The notes below the pieces were generated by a model, which searched no databases, was not told where the DNA came from, and was given only the letters and a program-made list of their open reading frames with translations. The position numbers and the translations under genes were made by a program. From an uncultured delta proteobacterium (GTDB taxonomy: Bacteria > Myxococcota_A > Polyangia > Polyangiales > B10-G4), in the NCBI GenBank assembly GCA_963727445.1, contig CAVSGI010000008.1, positions 512,001-576,000 of the forward strand: 64,000 nt of DNA, written 5' to 3'. Below are positions 53,730 to 64,000 of the stretch, in pieces; within the stretch, counting starts at the first letter, position 1; every line of letters starts with the position of its first letter.

Positions 53730-55468
53730 GGCGAGGGGGGCTCCGCGTCCTCGGGGCGCTCGAGGCCGACCAGGCGGTAGTCGTGGGCGCCGCGGACGTA
53801 GAAGTGAAAGCGGGCGGGGCCCGTGGCGTCGTCGCCGGTGGTCGCCCGCAGATCCATCACCAGATACTCGGGGGCGTTCGGGGACGCGCTCGAGACCACC
53901 GGGAGCGGAGCGCAGACCCAGCCGTCGTCTCCGGGGTTCGCGTCGCCCACGCTCAGCGGCGACAGGCGCTCGCCGACCCACGCCGCGGTCTCGTAGCGGC
54001 GCCTCTCGGCGTCACGAACGCCGCTGTAGACGGCGAGGTCCTGGGCGCAGAGGCTCGCGCGACCCGCGACCTCGCGCACCTGTGGCCAGGTGAGCGGCGA
54101 CAGCCTGGTGAGAAAGCGGGCGAGGATGCGGTCGCGCCGGCCGATCAGGATGCGCACCAGCTCCCGTTCCACGACCGGATCGGAGAAGCGGCCCCGCGCC
54201 ACCATCGCGCGCACGTGCGCGTCGCGGAAGCGCGCGATGATGCGCGCCATCCACGCCGCGTCGTCCTCCTGCAGCCGGTCGTAGGCGTTGTTGGCGTAGC
54301 CCGGCACCCACTCGTCCGGGACGAAGCGCCGCACGTCGTAGTAGCCGAGTGTCTTGCCCGCCGGGCCGTAGGCCGCGTGGTACCAGGGGCGGTCGACGAG
54401 GCCCAGGCTCACCCAATCGCCGACGATGTCACCGACGTCGAAGTAGCCGCTGTGGCCGAAGCGCTTCGTCAGGTCGTCCCAGCCGTGGATGATCCCGAAG
54501 CAGTCGCCGAAATCGAGCATGTAGTGACGCACGAAGCCTGCGCCGCTCTCCTCGTCGACCTCGACCCACGCGGCGAGGGTGTTCTCCTGACGGGCGTCGA
54601 TGTGATCGGTCCAGGCCGACAGCACGTACATCGCGCGCAGATCGCGCCGGTGCTCGTGGGGCACCGCGTCGTTCTGATCGCCGGCGCGAATGCCGTGGTA
54701 ACGCCAGGGGCTGATGGGTCGCCCGTCGATGAACTGGCTGACAGACGCGCGGTAGCGTCCGTCGGGGAGGCGCGTCGCCTTGTCGAGCACCTGGGTGACG
54801 TGCGCCTCGGTGAGCGGCTCGACGCTCCCGTTGGTCCGGTCGATCTCCACGCCTTCGCCCAGCTCGAGGATCGAGCGGTCGAAGACCACGACGCGGTTAC
54901 AGGGCGTGTTGTAGCCGGCGGAGTAGTAGATGAGCGAGCCGATGACGTCGGCCGCGCTTGGCCGCTCTGCCTGCAGGTCTCCGTCGGTCTTCATCAGGTA
55001 GCGGACGCCGTTCGCATCCTCGATCTGAAAGCCCGGGTTCGCGCCGTCCGGCTTTCCCCCGACGATGGTCCAGGGCCCGTCCAGCTCGTCGTCGGTGTCG
55101 CGACAGGGGCCGCGCGCCACCCGCTCGGCGTCCCATTCGGTGCGCGACAGGCGGTTTTGGTACCAGCTCGAATCGGGGACCTCGTCGAGGGCGTTGACGT
55201 TGATGGCGCGCCGCCCGGCCTCGAAGAGGAAGAGCTCGGAGGCCGGCCGGAAGACCGAGTTGTCGGCGCCGTCCCAGCTGTACGAGGAGTAGAACGAAGC
55301 AGGAGGCCGGGCGATGGGGCGCTGATCGTCGTCGATCCACACGATCTCGGCGTCGGGGAAGCGGCGGAGGCCCGCGGCGCAGCCGCTCGTGGTGAGCAGG
55401 CAGCCGCTCAGCGCGAGGGCCCCCACGAGGCGCGCGCGGTGCCCAGGGGTTCGATCGATGGCCACCAC
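53726..55468 (-). CDS. Hypothetical lipoprotein with atypical kinase-like motifs
   Basis: TSGC lipobox; KPDGANPG, YLMK, HIDARQEN, YMLDFG; ATGA-coupled to the barrel gene. Confidence 0.7.
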   Translation of the reverse strand: MVAIDRTPGHRARLVGALALSGCLLTTSGCAAGLRRFPDAEIVWIDDDQRPIARPPASFYSSYSWDGADNSVFRPASELFLFEAGRRAINVNALDEVPDSSWYQNRLSRTEWDAERVARGPCRDTDDELDGPWTIVGGKPDGANPGFQIEDANGVRYLMKTDGDLQAERPSAADVIGSLIYYSAGYNTPCNRVVVFDRSILELGEGVEIDRTNGSVEPLTEAHVTQVLDKATRLPDGRYRASVSQFIDGRPISPWRYHGIRAGDQNDAVPHEHRRDLRAMYVLSAWTDHIDARQENTLAAWVEVDEESGAGFVRHYMLDFGDCFGIIHGWDDLTKRFGHSGYFDVGDIVGDWVSLGLVDRPWYHAAYGPAGKTLGYYDVRRFVPDEWVPGYANNAYDRLQEDDAAWMARIIARFRDAHVRAMVARGRFSDPVVERELVRILIGRRDRILARFLTRLSPLTWPQVREVAGRASLCAQDLAVYSGVRDAERRRYETAAWVGERLSPLSVGDANPGDDGWVCAPLPVVSSASPNAPEYLVMDLRATTGDDATGPARFHFYVRGAHDYRLVGLERPEDAEPPSP

Positions 55469-55587
55469 CGCAGCCGGACTATGCCCGAGGGCCCCCTGAA
55501 ATAGAAGGAGATCCGCCGGTGTTGCCGACCCCGCGGGGCACGTGCTAGCCGTGCCACCCCCGGCGCCGCCGGCCCTCAGGAGATGCC

Positions 55588-56618
<1,031 letters not shown>

Positions 56619-56655
56619 ACAGAACGCGAGCGGAAGGGGAGTCAGGGGCAACGAG

Positions 56656-57543
56656 ATGATCCCGCGGGAGCTGATCAAGAAGCTGCGCAAGATCGAGATC
56701 CACACCTCTCGACTCGCCAACGATCAGCTCGCGGGCAGCTACCACTCCGTCTTCAAGGGCCGCGGGATGGCTTTCAGCGAGGTGCGCCAGTATCAACCCG
56801 GCGACGACGTTCGTTTCATCGACTGGAACGTCAGCGCTCGGATGAACGACGTCTACGTGAAGGTCTTCACCGAAGAGCGCGAGATGACGGTGATGCTCCT
56901 CGTGGATCTGTCCGCGAGCGAGCGCTTCGGCTCGGTGGCGCGGCCCAAGATCGAGGTGGTCGCCGAGATCAGCGCGCTCTTGGCCTTCAGCGCGATCAAG
57001 AACAACGATCGCGTGGGCCTCATCCTCTTCACCGATCGCGTGGAGCGCTACGTGCCGCCCAAGAAGGGCAAAGGGCACGTGATGCGCGTGGTCACGGAGA
57101 TCCTGAACGCCCACCCCGAGGGCGAGGGCACCGATCTGGGCGTCGCCCTCGACATGCTCGGCAAGGTCGCCAAGCGGCGGAGCGTGGCGTTCCTGGTGAG
57201 CGACTTCATCGCCGGCGACTACGACAAGCCGCTGCGCGTGGCGTCGGCGAAACACGACCTGATCCCGATCCAGGTGACCGACCCTCGCGAGGAAGAGCTG
57301 CCCAACGTCGGCCTCGCGCTCCTCGAGGATCTCGAGACCGGCGAGCTCATCGAGATAGACACCTCGGACCCCACCGTCCGTGGTTGGTACTTCGAGCGCA
57401 TCGCCAAGGAGCGCGCCGCGCGCGAGCGCCGCTTCAAACGACTGAAGATGGACGCGGTCACGGTGCGCACCAGCGAGGACTACGTGCGTCCGATCGCCGA
57501 GCTCTTCCGCATGCGGCAGCGGCGCCTGGGTGGTTTCCGGTGA
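56656..57543 (+). CDS. DUF58 domain protein
   Basis: GRGMAFSEVRQYQPGDDVRFIDWNVSAR, EEREMTV, LVSDF. Confidence 0.93.
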   Translation: MIPRELIKKLRKIEIHTSRLANDQLAGSYHSVFKGRGMAFSEVRQYQPGDDVRFIDWNVSARMNDVYVKVFTEEREMTVMLLVDLSASERFGSVARPKIEVVAEISALLAFSAIKNNDRVGLILFTDRVERYVPPKKGKGHVMRVVTEILNAHPEGEGTDLGVALDMLGKVAKRRSVAFLVSDFIAGDYDKPLRVASAKHDLIPIQVTDPREEELPNVGLALLEDLETGELIEIDTSDPTVRGWYFERIAKERAARERRFKRLKMDAVTVRTSEDYVRPIAELFRMRQRRLGGFR

Positions 57544-58631
57544 GGGGGGGGGTCCTGGCGTTGGTGCTGTGCCTGGCCGCGGCTTCTGCATCGGCGCAGT
57601 CCGCCGATACCGAGACGGGCGAGCCGGGTGAGGGGAACGGCGCCACGTCGGAGGACGAGGGAAGCGGCGCCACGTCGGAGGACGAGGCTGAAGGCGGCAC
57701 CGCCTCCGACCTCCTCCCCCCCGAGCTCGCCCCCACCCTCTCCCTCGCGGTCGAGCCCGACTCGGGCGTCATGACCGGCGATCTGGTGACGCTGGTGATC
57801 ACCGCCGAGGCGCACGAGGGCGACGACGTGGCGGTGCCGCGACAGGAGCTCGCGCCCTTCGAGGTGCTCGACTCGTCGGCTGAGCAGAACGGGTCCACCT
57901 TCGTCTTTCGCATCGAGCTCCTCGCGCTCGAGCCGGGCGAGCACGAGGTCGGGCCGGTGCGCCTGCGCGTCGTCACCTCGGACGGAACCCTGGGAAGCGC
58001 CGAGACCGCGCCGGTGAGCATCACGGTGGGATCGGTGCTCGGCAACGAGCCGGACGCGCAGCCGAAGCCTCCGACCGATCCGGTGGAGGTGATCGAAGAG
58101 GACTACACGCTGGCGTGGATCGGCGGCGGGCTCCTCGGGATGCTCCTTCTCGCGCTGATCATGTTCTTCGTCACGCGCTGGTGGCTGGGGCGCGACAAGC
58201 CCGAGCCGCCTCCACCGCCGCCCCGGCCCCCTTGGGAGGTCGCGATGGAGGAGCTCGGCGCGCTGCGGGGGAGCGTCGACCAGGACGCCGAGGCCAAGCG
58301 CCTCACGCGCTGGGTGGACGCGCTCAGCGACACGCTCCGGGTCTATCTCGGCGCGCGCTACGGCTTCGAGGGGATCGAGAGCACCACCGACGAAGCGGTG
58401 GCCTTCATTCGGCGCAAGAAGCCGAAGGGCATCACCGCCGAGCAGGTGGCGGGGATCCTCTCCGACTGCGACCTGGTGAAGTTCGCCAAGGCCACGCCCG
58501 AGCGCGAACGCTGCATCGCCCTCCTCGAGGCGGCGGAGGGGATCGTCAAAGCCACGACGGCGCGCCTGGGCGGTGAGGTGGTCACCGACGTGCCGGGCGT
58601 CCCGCCGAAGGAAGCGGAGGAGAGCGAATGA
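57540..58631 (+). CDS. Bat-operon membrane protein (BatD-like N-domain, TM, DUF4381-like)
   Basis: Signal peptide, acidic linker, beta-rich domain, TM, PPPRPPWE, ESTTDE, DLVKFAK. Confidence 0.75.
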   Translation: MRGGVLALVLCLAAASASAQSADTETGEPGEGNGATSEDEGSGATSEDEAEGGTASDLLPPELAPTLSLAVEPDSGVMTGDLVTLVITAEAHEGDDVAVPRQELAPFEVLDSSAEQNGSTFVFRIELLALEPGEHEVGPVRLRVVTSDGTLGSAETAPVSITVGSVLGNEPDAQPKPPTDPVEVIEEDYTLAWIGGGLLGMLLLALIMFFVTRWWLGRDKPEPPPPPPRPPWEVAMEELGALRGSVDQDAEAKRLTRWVDALSDTLRVYLGARYGFEGIESTTDEAVAFIRRKKPKGITAEQVAGILSDCDLVKFAKATPERERCIALLEAAEGIVKATTARLGGEVVTDVPGVPPKEAEESE

Positions 58632-59749
58632 CGCTCAACAAGATCCTGCGCTTCCTGGCGCCCATCGCCTGGACGCTCTTCTTCGCGCTGCCCACCACCT
58701 ACCTGGTGCTGTGGGCGGTGGACGTGGTCTACGAGGTCCCGCTCCGCCCCGACAGCTTTCGTTTCGAGCGGCCGTGGGCCGGCCTTCTCATCCCGGCGGC
58801 GCTCCTGGTCCTGGTCTCCCGCGGCTACCTGCAGCGCTACGCTGCACCCCGGCTGCTCGTGAGCCGCGGCTCGGATCTCGCGCGCGGGCGAAAAGGATTC
58901 CGGATCTGGGCCAAGGACAGCACGGTGGGGATGCGAGTCACGGCGGTGGCGCTCCTGGCCATCGCGCTGATGGGCCCGCAGAGCATCCACGCCCGCGACC
59001 GCGCCGAGCTCGAGGGCATCGACATCGTGCTCACCCTCGACGCGTCGCTCTCGATGCAGGCGGCGGACATCCAGCCGAACCGCTTCGCCGCCACCCAACA
59101 GGTGGTCGACAGCTTCATCCAGCGGCGCCCCAACGACCGCATGGGCGCGGTCATCTTCGGCCGCGACGCTTACACGCTCCTGCCGTTGACCACCGACAAG
59201 GAAGCGCTTCGCACGATGATCTCTCAGCTCGAGCTGGGGCTCATCGACGGACGCGGCACCGCGATCGGCAACGCGGTCGCCACCGCCCTGAACCGGCTCC
59301 GCGACAGCCAGGCCAAGAGCAAGGTCGTGATCCTGCTGACTGACGGCGACTCGAACAGCGGCAACGTCTCGCCGGACCAGGCCGCGGAGTTCGCGTCGGT
59401 GATGGACGTCAAGGTCTTCACCATCCTGATGGGCCAGACGGATGAAGCGCGCGTGCAGCGCGGCACCGGCTTCGGCGGGCGCCCGATCTTCGACGTCGGC
59501 AACTTCCCGGTGAACCCCGAGCTCCTTCAGCACATGGCGGAGCAGACGGGCGGCGAGTACTACCACGTCGCCGATCGCCAGGGCCTCGAGCGGAGCTTCC
59601 ACGCCATCCTCGACACCCTCGAGCGGAGCGAGCTCGAGGATCTGGGCCGCGTCTACGGCGAGCTCTTCCCCGCGTTCCTCTGGCCGGCCTTCGCGCTCCT
59701 CGCCGTCGAGCTCTTCGCCGGCGCGCTCATCTTCCGGAGGTGGCCATGA
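58628..59749 (+). CDS. batA: BatA-like VWA membrane protein
   Basis: GIDIVLTLDASLSM, PLTTD, GTAIGNA, ILLTDGDSN. Confidence 0.85.
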   Translation: MTLNKILRFLAPIAWTLFFALPTTYLVLWAVDVVYEVPLRPDSFRFERPWAGLLIPAALLVLVSRGYLQRYAAPRLLVSRGSDLARGRKGFRIWAKDSTVGMRVTAVALLAIALMGPQSIHARDRAELEGIDIVLTLDASLSMQAADIQPNRFAATQQVVDSFIQRRPNDRMGAVIFGRDAYTLLPLTTDKEALRTMISQLELGLIDGRGTAIGNAVATALNRLRDSQAKSKVVILLTDGDSNSGNVSPDQAAEFASVMDVKVFTILMGQTDEARVQRGTGFGGRPIFDVGNFPVNPELLQHMAEQTGGEYYHVADRQGLERSFHAILDTLERSELEDLGRVYGELFPAFLWPAFALLAVELFAGALIFRRWP

Positions 59750-60966
59750 GCCAGTTCCGCTCCGGCCCCTTGCCGTGGGTCCTGATCGTCTTCGGGTCTG
59801 TTGCCCTCGGCGGCCTCCTCGCCGGCGCGCTCGTGTGGCTCTCGGGGAGCCTCGAAGCGCTCTCCGCGCTCTCCTTCCGCCACCGGGATCTCTTGTGGCT
59901 CCTCGCCGCGGTCGGTCCCTTCGCGGGGCTCACCGTCGCGGCCTGGCACCTCCGTCAGCGCGCGTCGGCCCGCTTCGGTCAGACCGCCGTCGATCGCTCG
60001 CTGATCGCCGGACGCTCGGGCGTGCTCCGCGCGGTGCGCGGCGTGCTGCTGGTCATCACCCTCGCGCTCATCACCTTCGCCCTCGCGGGCCCGCAGTACG
60101 GGAGCCACACCCGCATGCTGCAGAAGCGCGGCGTCGACGTGGTGATCGCCCTCGACTTCTCGAAGAGCATGCTGGCGCGCGACATCCGCCCGGACCGGAT
60201 CACACGGGCCAAGGCGGAGCTCACGCGCTTCATCGAGGACCTCGATGGAGACCGCGTGGGGATCGTCGCCTTCGCGGGCGAGACGATGGAGTTCCCCATG
60301 ACCGTCGACTACTCGGCGGTGGGTCTGTTCCTCGACGACCTCGGCCCCTACGACATGCCGGTGGGGGGCACCGCCATCGGGCGCGCGCTCGTCGCCTCCA
60401 AGCGCCTCCTCGAGCGGGCCGACCACGACCACGGCGCGGAGGACGAAGACCTCGCGCCGCGCTCGCGCGTCGTGATCCTCATGACCGACGGCGAGGATCA
60501 CGAGGGCGACCCGCTCGCCGCGGCACAGGAGCTCGCGGACGCAGGCATTCGCGTCTACGTCGTCGGCCTCGGCTCGCGCACCGGCGAGCCCATCCCGACC
60601 TACGGGCCCGACGGCACCTGGACCGGGTGGCTTCGCGACGACGACGGCAACCCCGTGACCACCGCGCTCACGGCGGAGAACGAGGAGGCGCTGACGGAGA
60701 TCGCCGAGACCACCGGAGGCCGCTACTTCCGGGCGGCGCAGGGCGGGGTCGGGATCGATCAGATCCGTCGCGAGATGCGCCGGATGAAGCAGGAAGAGCG
60801 CGAAGCGCGGCGGGTCACGGTGGACGAAGACCGCTACGCCCTGGTGCTCTTGCCCGCGTTCTTCTTCCTGCTTCTCGAGAGTTTGTTGCCAGATGCCTGG
60901 ATCGGACGGCGCAGACGACGCAAGCTGGGCGTCGCTCGTCCCCCGCGCGCCAAGGAGGCGGCATGA
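59746..60966 (+). CDS. batB: BatB-like VWA membrane protein
   Basis: ALAGPQYG, LDFSKSMLARDIRPDR, DRVGIVAFAG, MTDGEDH. Confidence 0.85.
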   Translation: MSQFRSGPLPWVLIVFGSVALGGLLAGALVWLSGSLEALSALSFRHRDLLWLLAAVGPFAGLTVAAWHLRQRASARFGQTAVDRSLIAGRSGVLRAVRGVLLVITLALITFALAGPQYGSHTRMLQKRGVDVVIALDFSKSMLARDIRPDRITRAKAELTRFIEDLDGDRVGIVAFAGETMEFPMTVDYSAVGLFLDDLGPYDMPVGGTAIGRALVASKRLLERADHDHGAEDEDLAPRSRVVILMTDGEDHEGDPLAAAQELADAGIRVYVVGLGSRTGEPIPTYGPDGTWTGWLRDDDGNPVTTALTAENEEALTEIAETTGGRYFRAAQGGVGIDQIRREMRRMKQEEREARRVTVDEDRYALVLLPAFFFLLLESLLPDAWIGRRRRRKLGVARPPRAKEAA

Positions 60967-61944
60967 TCGCTCGTCGAAACGTCATGAAGGGAGCACGATA
61001 TCTGGTCCTGATCCTCGCCGGCCTCGCGGTGCCGCTCGCGTGGGCCACGACCGCGAGCGCCTGGGATCCCTTCCTGTCGAAGAACCGCAACGTCGAAGAC
61101 GGCAACCGCGCGATGCGCGAGGGCGATCATCAGGGCGCGCTCGCGGCGTACGATCGCGCCGCGCGCGAGCTCCCCGAGGAGCCCGGCGTGCAGCTCAACC
61201 GCGGCCTCGCCCTGCTCGAAGAGGGGCGCCTCGACGAGTCGCGCGAAGCGCTCCTGAGGGCGACCGAGCCCGGCGGCAGGAACGCGGATCTGCGCGCCGA
61301 CGCCTATTACGACCTCGGCCTCGCCTTCTATCGCCAGGGTGACGCGGCGGCGAACGAAGAGGATCACCAGCAGGCCCAGGGCCAGTTCCGTGAGGCGGCC
61401 GACGCCTTCCGCCGCTCGCTGCGCGCGCGCCCCGGCAATCGCGAGGCGGCCTGGAACCTCGAGCTCGCCCTGCGCCGCATCCGCGAAGAGCAGGAGCAGC
61501 AGGAGCAGCAGGAGCAAGAGGAGCAGGACCAGCAGGACCAGCAGGACCAGCAGGACCAGCAGGACCAGCAGGACAGCAGGACCAGCAGCAGACCAGCAGG
61601 ACCAGCAAGACCAGCAGGACCAGCAAGACCAGCAGGACCAGCAAGACCAGCAGGACCAGCAGGATCAGCAGCAAGACCAGCAGAACCAGGACGACGGCAG
61701 CGAGTCCCAGGATCAGCAGGATCAGTCGAACGAAAGCCCGCCCGATCAGCCCGACCAGCAGCCGCAACAGCAAGAAGGGCAGAGCGGCGCCGATCAGCAC
61801 GAGGACGAGGGCAGCGGCCAGGAGCTGCCGCGCGACGTGAGCCGTGTCCTCGACGCGCTCCGCGACAGCGAAGAGAGCCTCGAACGCCACCGCGCGCGGG
61901 CCCGCGGTCGTCGAGAGAACCGCCGCGTCACGATGGACTGGTGA
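60963..61944 (+). CDS. batC: BatC-like TPR protein with Gln/Asp tract (frameshift within the tract)
   Basis: TPRs (QLNRGLAL, YYDLGLAFY, AAWNLELAL); C-terminal VLDALRDSE...MDW* in a second frame. Confidence 0.8.
61491..61690 (+). repeat. 9-bp (CAGGACCAG)n coding microsatellite (QQD repeats)
   Basis: Seen directly; phase breaks near 61575-61592. Confidence 0.9.
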
Positions 61945-61958
61945 GGCCTCGGAGATCG

Positions 61959-63809
61959 ATGCGCCTCTCGGAGCACATCCTCGCCCTCTGCCTGCTCGTG
62001 TCGGCGCTCGCGCCAAACGTGGCGTCGGCGCAGCAGGTCTCCGTCGACATCCGCATGACGGCGAGCACGACCAACGTCGCCGTGGGCCAGCCCTTCGACC
62101 TGCAGATCCGCGCCGACATCTCGGGCGCGCAGGCGAGCGACATCCAGCTCCCCGACCTCTCCGCGTTCCGGGTCACCAGCCGTCGCGTCTCGCGCCCGAT
62201 GCAGTTCACCTTCGGATTCGGCAACCAGACGCAGGTGGTGCGCTCCACCATCGTCTACGACTTGACGCTGCTGCCGCTGAACGAAGGGGACGTCCGCATC
62301 GACAGCGCGTCGATCCAGGCCGGTGGTCGAACCTACCGCTCCGATCCCCTCACCCTGACGGTCGGGCCCGGCAACGGCACCGTGCCCCCCGACCCGGGCC
62401 TCGGCCAGCAGCTCCCCTCCCCACCCTCCGGCCAGCTCGACGGAGCGGCCTTCGACGAGACGGCGTTCTTGCGCACCACCGTCACGCCGACCGATCCCTA
62501 CGTCGGTCAGCAGGTGACGGTGACCGTCTATCTCTACGTGCGCGGCGCGATCCGTTCCTCTCCGATCATCCATCGCGAGCCCAACGCCGACGGGTTCTGG
62601 GTGCGCGATCTGTTGCCCCCGGCCCGCACCCTCGAGGCGCAGCGACAGATGGTCGGCGGCCGGCAGTTCGACGTCTACGTCCTGCGTCGTTTCGCGGCGT
62701 TCCCGCTCCGCGAGGGTGATCTCGAGATCGGCGCGATGGACGTCTCTTTCGAAACCGGATCCGTCTTCGACATCTTCAACGCGCGCCGCTCGGGTCCCAT
62801 CCGTCGCCAGGGCGTGCCCATCGCCGTCCACGTGCGGCCCCTGCCCCGAGCAGGCCGGCCCACCGGCGAGGTCTACGTGGGCAGCTACGAAATCCAGGCG
62901 AGCCTCGACCGGGCTTCGGCCGCCACCGGCGACGCCGTGACTCTGACCGCGCGTGTCGAAGGCACCGGCAACCTCCGCGACATCCACCTGAGCCTCCCCG
63001 AGACCCCAGGCCTTCGGATCCTCGAGCCCGAGGTCACCGATCAGATCGGCGCCACCAACGACGTGGTCGGCGGCACGCGGACCTTCGCTTGGTTGATCGT
63101 GCCGGAGGAGCCGGGCGACTACCGATTGCCGCCTCTCGGCTTCGACGCGTTCTCCCCCACGACCGAGACCTACTCGCGGGTCGTCGCGCCGGAGCTCACC
63201 CTCACGGCGGCGGGCGCTGCCATCGCCTCCGAGAGCGACGACGAGGAGGAAGAGGCCACGAGCCCGCAGGCGCGGGCCCCGGAGCTCGGCCCGGTGAGGA
63301 CCCGCAGCGCGCTGGACCGAAACCCTCCCGAGGAGCACCTCGCCCCCTTCATGTGGGCGCTCTTCGCGCTGCCTCCTCTCCTCTGGATCCTCGCCCTGGT
63401 CTTCGGCTTCGCGCGTCGCCGCCTCGACGAAAAGGGCGAACGAGACGCGCCGAAACGGGCGGTCCGCTCGGCGAAGAAGCGCCTGGCGACCGCCGAGGGC
63501 CACGCCCAGTCGGGCGACGCCCGCGCCTTCTACGGCGAGGTGCGCAAGGTCATCAAGGACGTGCTCGAAGCACGGCTCGGCGAGGCGGTAGGCGGGTACA
63601 CGCACACCCAGCTCGAAAAGCACCTGCGAGAGCGGGGCATGGACGAGGATCTCTCGCGCAGGGTCGTCGACGAGCTCGAGGGCACGGAGTTCGCGCAGTA
63701 CAGCGCAGAGGGCTCTTCCTCCGACGAGATGGTGGGATGCAGCCAGCGCGTCGGTGCGCTGCTCGAGCGCATGGATCGCTTCTCGCCGACGACGGAGGAG
63801 CTTCGATGA
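61959..63809 (+). CDS. batD: BatD-like protein
   Basis: Signal peptide, repeated Ig-like segments (PYVGQQV, GFW, GTGNL), TM, C-terminal helical domain. Confidence 0.85.
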   Translation: MRLSEHILALCLLVSALAPNVASAQQVSVDIRMTASTTNVAVGQPFDLQIRADISGAQASDIQLPDLSAFRVTSRRVSRPMQFTFGFGNQTQVVRSTIVYDLTLLPLNEGDVRIDSASIQAGGRTYRSDPLTLTVGPGNGTVPPDPGLGQQLPSPPSGQLDGAAFDETAFLRTTVTPTDPYVGQQVTVTVYLYVRGAIRSSPIIHREPNADGFWVRDLLPPARTLEAQRQMVGGRQFDVYVLRRFAAFPLREGDLEIGAMDVSFETGSVFDIFNARRSGPIRRQGVPIAVHVRPLPRAGRPTGEVYVGSYEIQASLDRASAATGDAVTLTARVEGTGNLRDIHLSLPETPGLRILEPEVTDQIGATNDVVGGTRTFAWLIVPEEPGDYRLPPLGFDAFSPTTETYSRVVAPELTLTAAGAAIASESDDEEEEATSPQARAPELGPVRTRSALDRNPPEEHLAPFMWALFALPPLLWILALVFGFARRRLDEKGERDAPKRAVRSAKKRLATAEGHAQSGDARAFYGEVRKVIKDVLEARLGEAVGGYTHTQLEKHLRERGMDEDLSRRVVDELEGTEFAQYSAEGSSSDEMVGCSQRVGALLERMDRFSPTTEELR

Positions 63810-64000
63810 GCATGCAGAGAGCGCGAGCGATCGTCGCTTTCACGGTGGCGATGGCGGCCACACCCGCCTCGGCGCAGCACCTGGGTGAGGTCTTCGACCA
63901 AGGCAACGCCGCGGTCTTCGCCGGTGATCTCGATCGCGCCATCGCCTCCTACGACCGACTGGTCGCTGCCGGCGTGGACGACGCCGACGTCGCCTACAAC
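63806..64000 (+). CDS. BatE-like TPR protein, truncated by the window end
   Basis: ATGA overlap; signal peptide; FDQGNAA...AIASYDRL...DVAYN. Confidence 0.7.
   Translation, partial: MSMQRARAIVAFTVAMAATPASAQHLGEVFDQGNAAVFAGDLDRAIASYDRLVAAGVDDADVAYN

Noticed and set aside
57639..57687. Short duplication encoding GATSEDE twice
   Set aside because: Ordinary low-complexity linker duplication.
59775..63809. 1344-aa BatC-BatD fusion
   Set aside because: Caused by the frame break in the QQD tract; BatC has its own MDW* end at 61944 and BatD its own signal peptide.

Overview
A very GC-rich bacterial chromosomal segment. Gene content (eukaryote-like Ser/Thr kinases, MglA-type GTPase, Cys-rich lipoproteins, split Fo operon, MoxR-Bat operon) suggests Myxococcota, probably Polyangiales-like; this is inference. 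Minus strand 1-25.9 kb holds the dcw cluster (mraZ-rsmH-ftsL-ftsI-murE-murF-mraY-murD-ftsW-murG-murC-ftsQ; no murB/ddl seen), with ftsA-ftsZ separated from ftsQ by about 8.7 kb. That interval holds a Ser/Thr kinase, a membrane acyltransferase, a response regulator/VWA/RTX-like/RCC1 module with a repeated candidate operator, and a non-CRISPR array of 11 phased 52-bp palindrome-bearing repeats. Next come an MglA-like GTPase with a PocR-like histidine kinase, thiL, larB and larC split by an antisense COG2403-type ATPase, kinase-STAND and kinase-sigma54 hybrids, pyrR-pyrB, ccmE, atpZIBE, hemL, a kinase-fold lipoprotein coupled to an Omp85-like barrel, and a moxR-DUF58-batABCDE operon running off the end. 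Many essential genes carry indels clustered in blocks, almost certainly sequencing/consensus errors. Calls come from motif recognition only; no searches were run, and boundaries of frameshifted genes are approximate.
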